Shown here: piece by piece, positions 62,296 through 64,000 of the stretch
Numbering within the stretch: position 1 is the first letter of the stretch
Layout of the letters: every line of letters begins with the position of its first letter
Source: Azolla caroliniana
Lineage: Eukaryota; Plantae; Polypodiophyta
Direction: 5' to 3'
Assembly: GCA_043228905.1 (NCBI GenBank)
Contig: JBHGNT010000009.1
Span: forward strand, 6,510,001-6,574,000
Length of the DNA stretch: 64,000 nucleotides
The notes under the pieces: generated by a model
The model's database searches: none
The model's input: only the letters and a program-made list of their open reading frames with translations
What the model was told of the DNA's origin: nothing
Made by a program: the position numbers and the translations under genes

Positions 62296-64000
62296 ATGGA
62301 AGAGTCATTCGGAAGCATGTTCAAGCTCACTAGCTCCAACTACCCAGTATGGAAGTTGAAGATGAGGGACATGCTTGTGGTCAAAGATCTATCGTTCCCG
62401 ATATAGTTCGGGGACAAGAAACCGGACAAGATCGATGCCACAACATGGGAGGTGATGCACATGAAGACGACGACATACATCAAATGCTTCATCAACATGA
62501 GTCTATACAACAACTTCAACGAAGAAAGCAAGGCTCATGAACTCTGGGAGAAGGTAGACATCATGTTCCAAAACAAGAATGTTGTGAATCAAGTCTCGGT
62601 TTTCCAGAAGTTGGTGAGACTCATATATCAAGATGGCTCTAGTATGGTGGAGCACATGAATTCCTTCCAAGGGCTCATAAATCAAGCCACCTCGTTGGAA
62701 GTACCTCTAGTCGATGAGGTACTTGCGTTGTTATTCCTCCGTTCCCTCCCGGATAGTTGGGAGACACTAGTTGTCACTTTGGGTAACATCAGGCCAGAAT
62801 GAAACCAATTATCCCTAGCAAGTGTGAAGTCGAGCTTGCTAGATGAAGAGGCGCATCGGAAAGACAAGTGATCTCCAACCCAAAAGCCCTGATTTCCGAA
62901 TCCGACACACAACGAGGGAGAAACCGGTACCAGAGTCCCCATAACCGAGAAAAGTCGGGGACAAGGTCAAAGTCAAGGGGGAAGCCTACTTGCTTCTATC
63001 GTGGGAAGCTAGGATACTTCAAGAAGAATTGTCGGCACTTCCAGAAAGAGAAAGGGACCAACAACACCGATTCGAAGAAGAGTTCGGACCGAAATGGTTC
63101 GGACCGGATCGGAAAGGAATGTCGGCGGTCGCGACAAGTGAAGAAGAACTATTGCTCATCACTGAGGAGAATGAGTTAAACCTTATTGGCGACGAGACAA
63201 CGTGGGTTGTCGATTCCGGAGCATCGTTCCACCTAACGCCGGACCGGAAATGCTTCTCATCCTACATTGTCGGAGATCATGGTCGTGTCCGGATGGGGAG
63301 TGACGGGTCATGCTGAATTGTCGACATAGGAGATGTGTAGTTGTCGACATCAATCGGGTGTAAGGTGCTGCTGAAGGATGTTAGACGCGTTCCGGAGGTT
63401 TGGTTGAACCTGATATCAGCCGGTCGGCTAGATGATGAAGGCTACACGAGTAGCATCCGGAACGGAGTCATGAAATTCAGCAAAGGAAGCCTAATTGTGG
63501 CTCGATCCCGGAAGATCAACACATTGTACCTGATGCACGCCCGGATATGCCGGGAAGAAGTGAACGTAGCATCCGACAATGCCGGTGAGTTGTGGCACAA
63601 GAGACTATGTCATATGAGCTAGAAGGGGATGAGAAGACTTGCCGAAGATAACCTCATTCCGGAGGTGAAAGACATGCATCTTGAGAAGTGCACTGATTGC
63701 TTGGCTGGCAAGCAAAACCGAACCTCCTTCCAGTCAAGACCACCGATGAGACAAAATGCATCACTTGAGTTGGTGCATACCGATGTGTGTCAAGTGGACA
63801 TGAAGTCACATGCTAGATTGCAGTACTCCGTGACGTTCATAGATGACCACAACTGGAAGTTGTGGGTCTCACCGTTGAAGACGGAGGAGCAGGTGTTGTC
63901 AGTCTTCAAGGAGCTCCACGCAAGAGTGGAAAGGGAAACTAGCTAGAAGCTAAAGGCAGTACGAGCAGATAACGAAGGCGAATACTGGGTGCAGTTCGAG
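62296..64000 (+). pseudogene. Copia-F gag-pol remnant (gag, protease, start of integrase)
   Basis: MEESFGSMFKLTSSNY..., RSLPDSWETLVV, WVVDSGASFH, LWHKRLCHMS, VTFIDDH; frameshifts and stops. Confidence 0.9.

Larger units (their letters stand above)
51250..64000 (+). mobile_element. Ty1/Copia element F (relative of Copia-D), 5' LTR split by Gypsy-G, running off the window end
   Basis: LTR start ...ttcggtccctccgg (to 51272) rejoins atgggattcgg (61750), as in the Copia-D LTR ttcggtccctccggatgggatg. LTR ends ~62270; PBS Met 62274-62285. Confidence 0.87.

Overview
Eukaryotic, almost certainly land-plant, heterochromatin-like DNA. About 75% of the window is a stack of nested transposable elements, and I found no intact host gene. 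The LINE, PPR and Tcn1-like content suggests a non-seed plant such as a fern or lycophyte (inference). Three nests are resolved from TSDs and LTR ends. (1) Copia-A (1-2104) contains Copia-B (2105-~7110), which is cut off by a LINE 3' fragment. (2) A decayed Athila/Tat-like Gypsy-E with a long extra ORF (~28.8-51.1 kb) contains Copia-C (35422-49888), which in turn contains Copia-D (35510-40774) and a hAT with an intact transposase (41580-45306). (3) A Copia remnant contains Copia-F, which contains Gypsy-G (51273-61745, tRNA-Trp PBS, 4-bp TSD), which contains a 1.9-kb non-autonomous LTR element (56747-58656). Also present: a very young compact Gypsy-B (8534-13354) with non-seed-plant-like features, a decayed ZNF862-like hAT, hAT-type MITEs, LINE remnants, a PPR pseudogene and an orphan pseudo-exon. 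The most notable signals are the mini element with Tf1-style 11-nt self-priming, a chromodomain scar and a hairpin array; Gypsy-B with its 4-bp TSD and frameshift cassette; and a hairpin conserved around the PPT of two diverged Copia elements. Coordinates were read by eye and may be off by a few bases where marked approximate.
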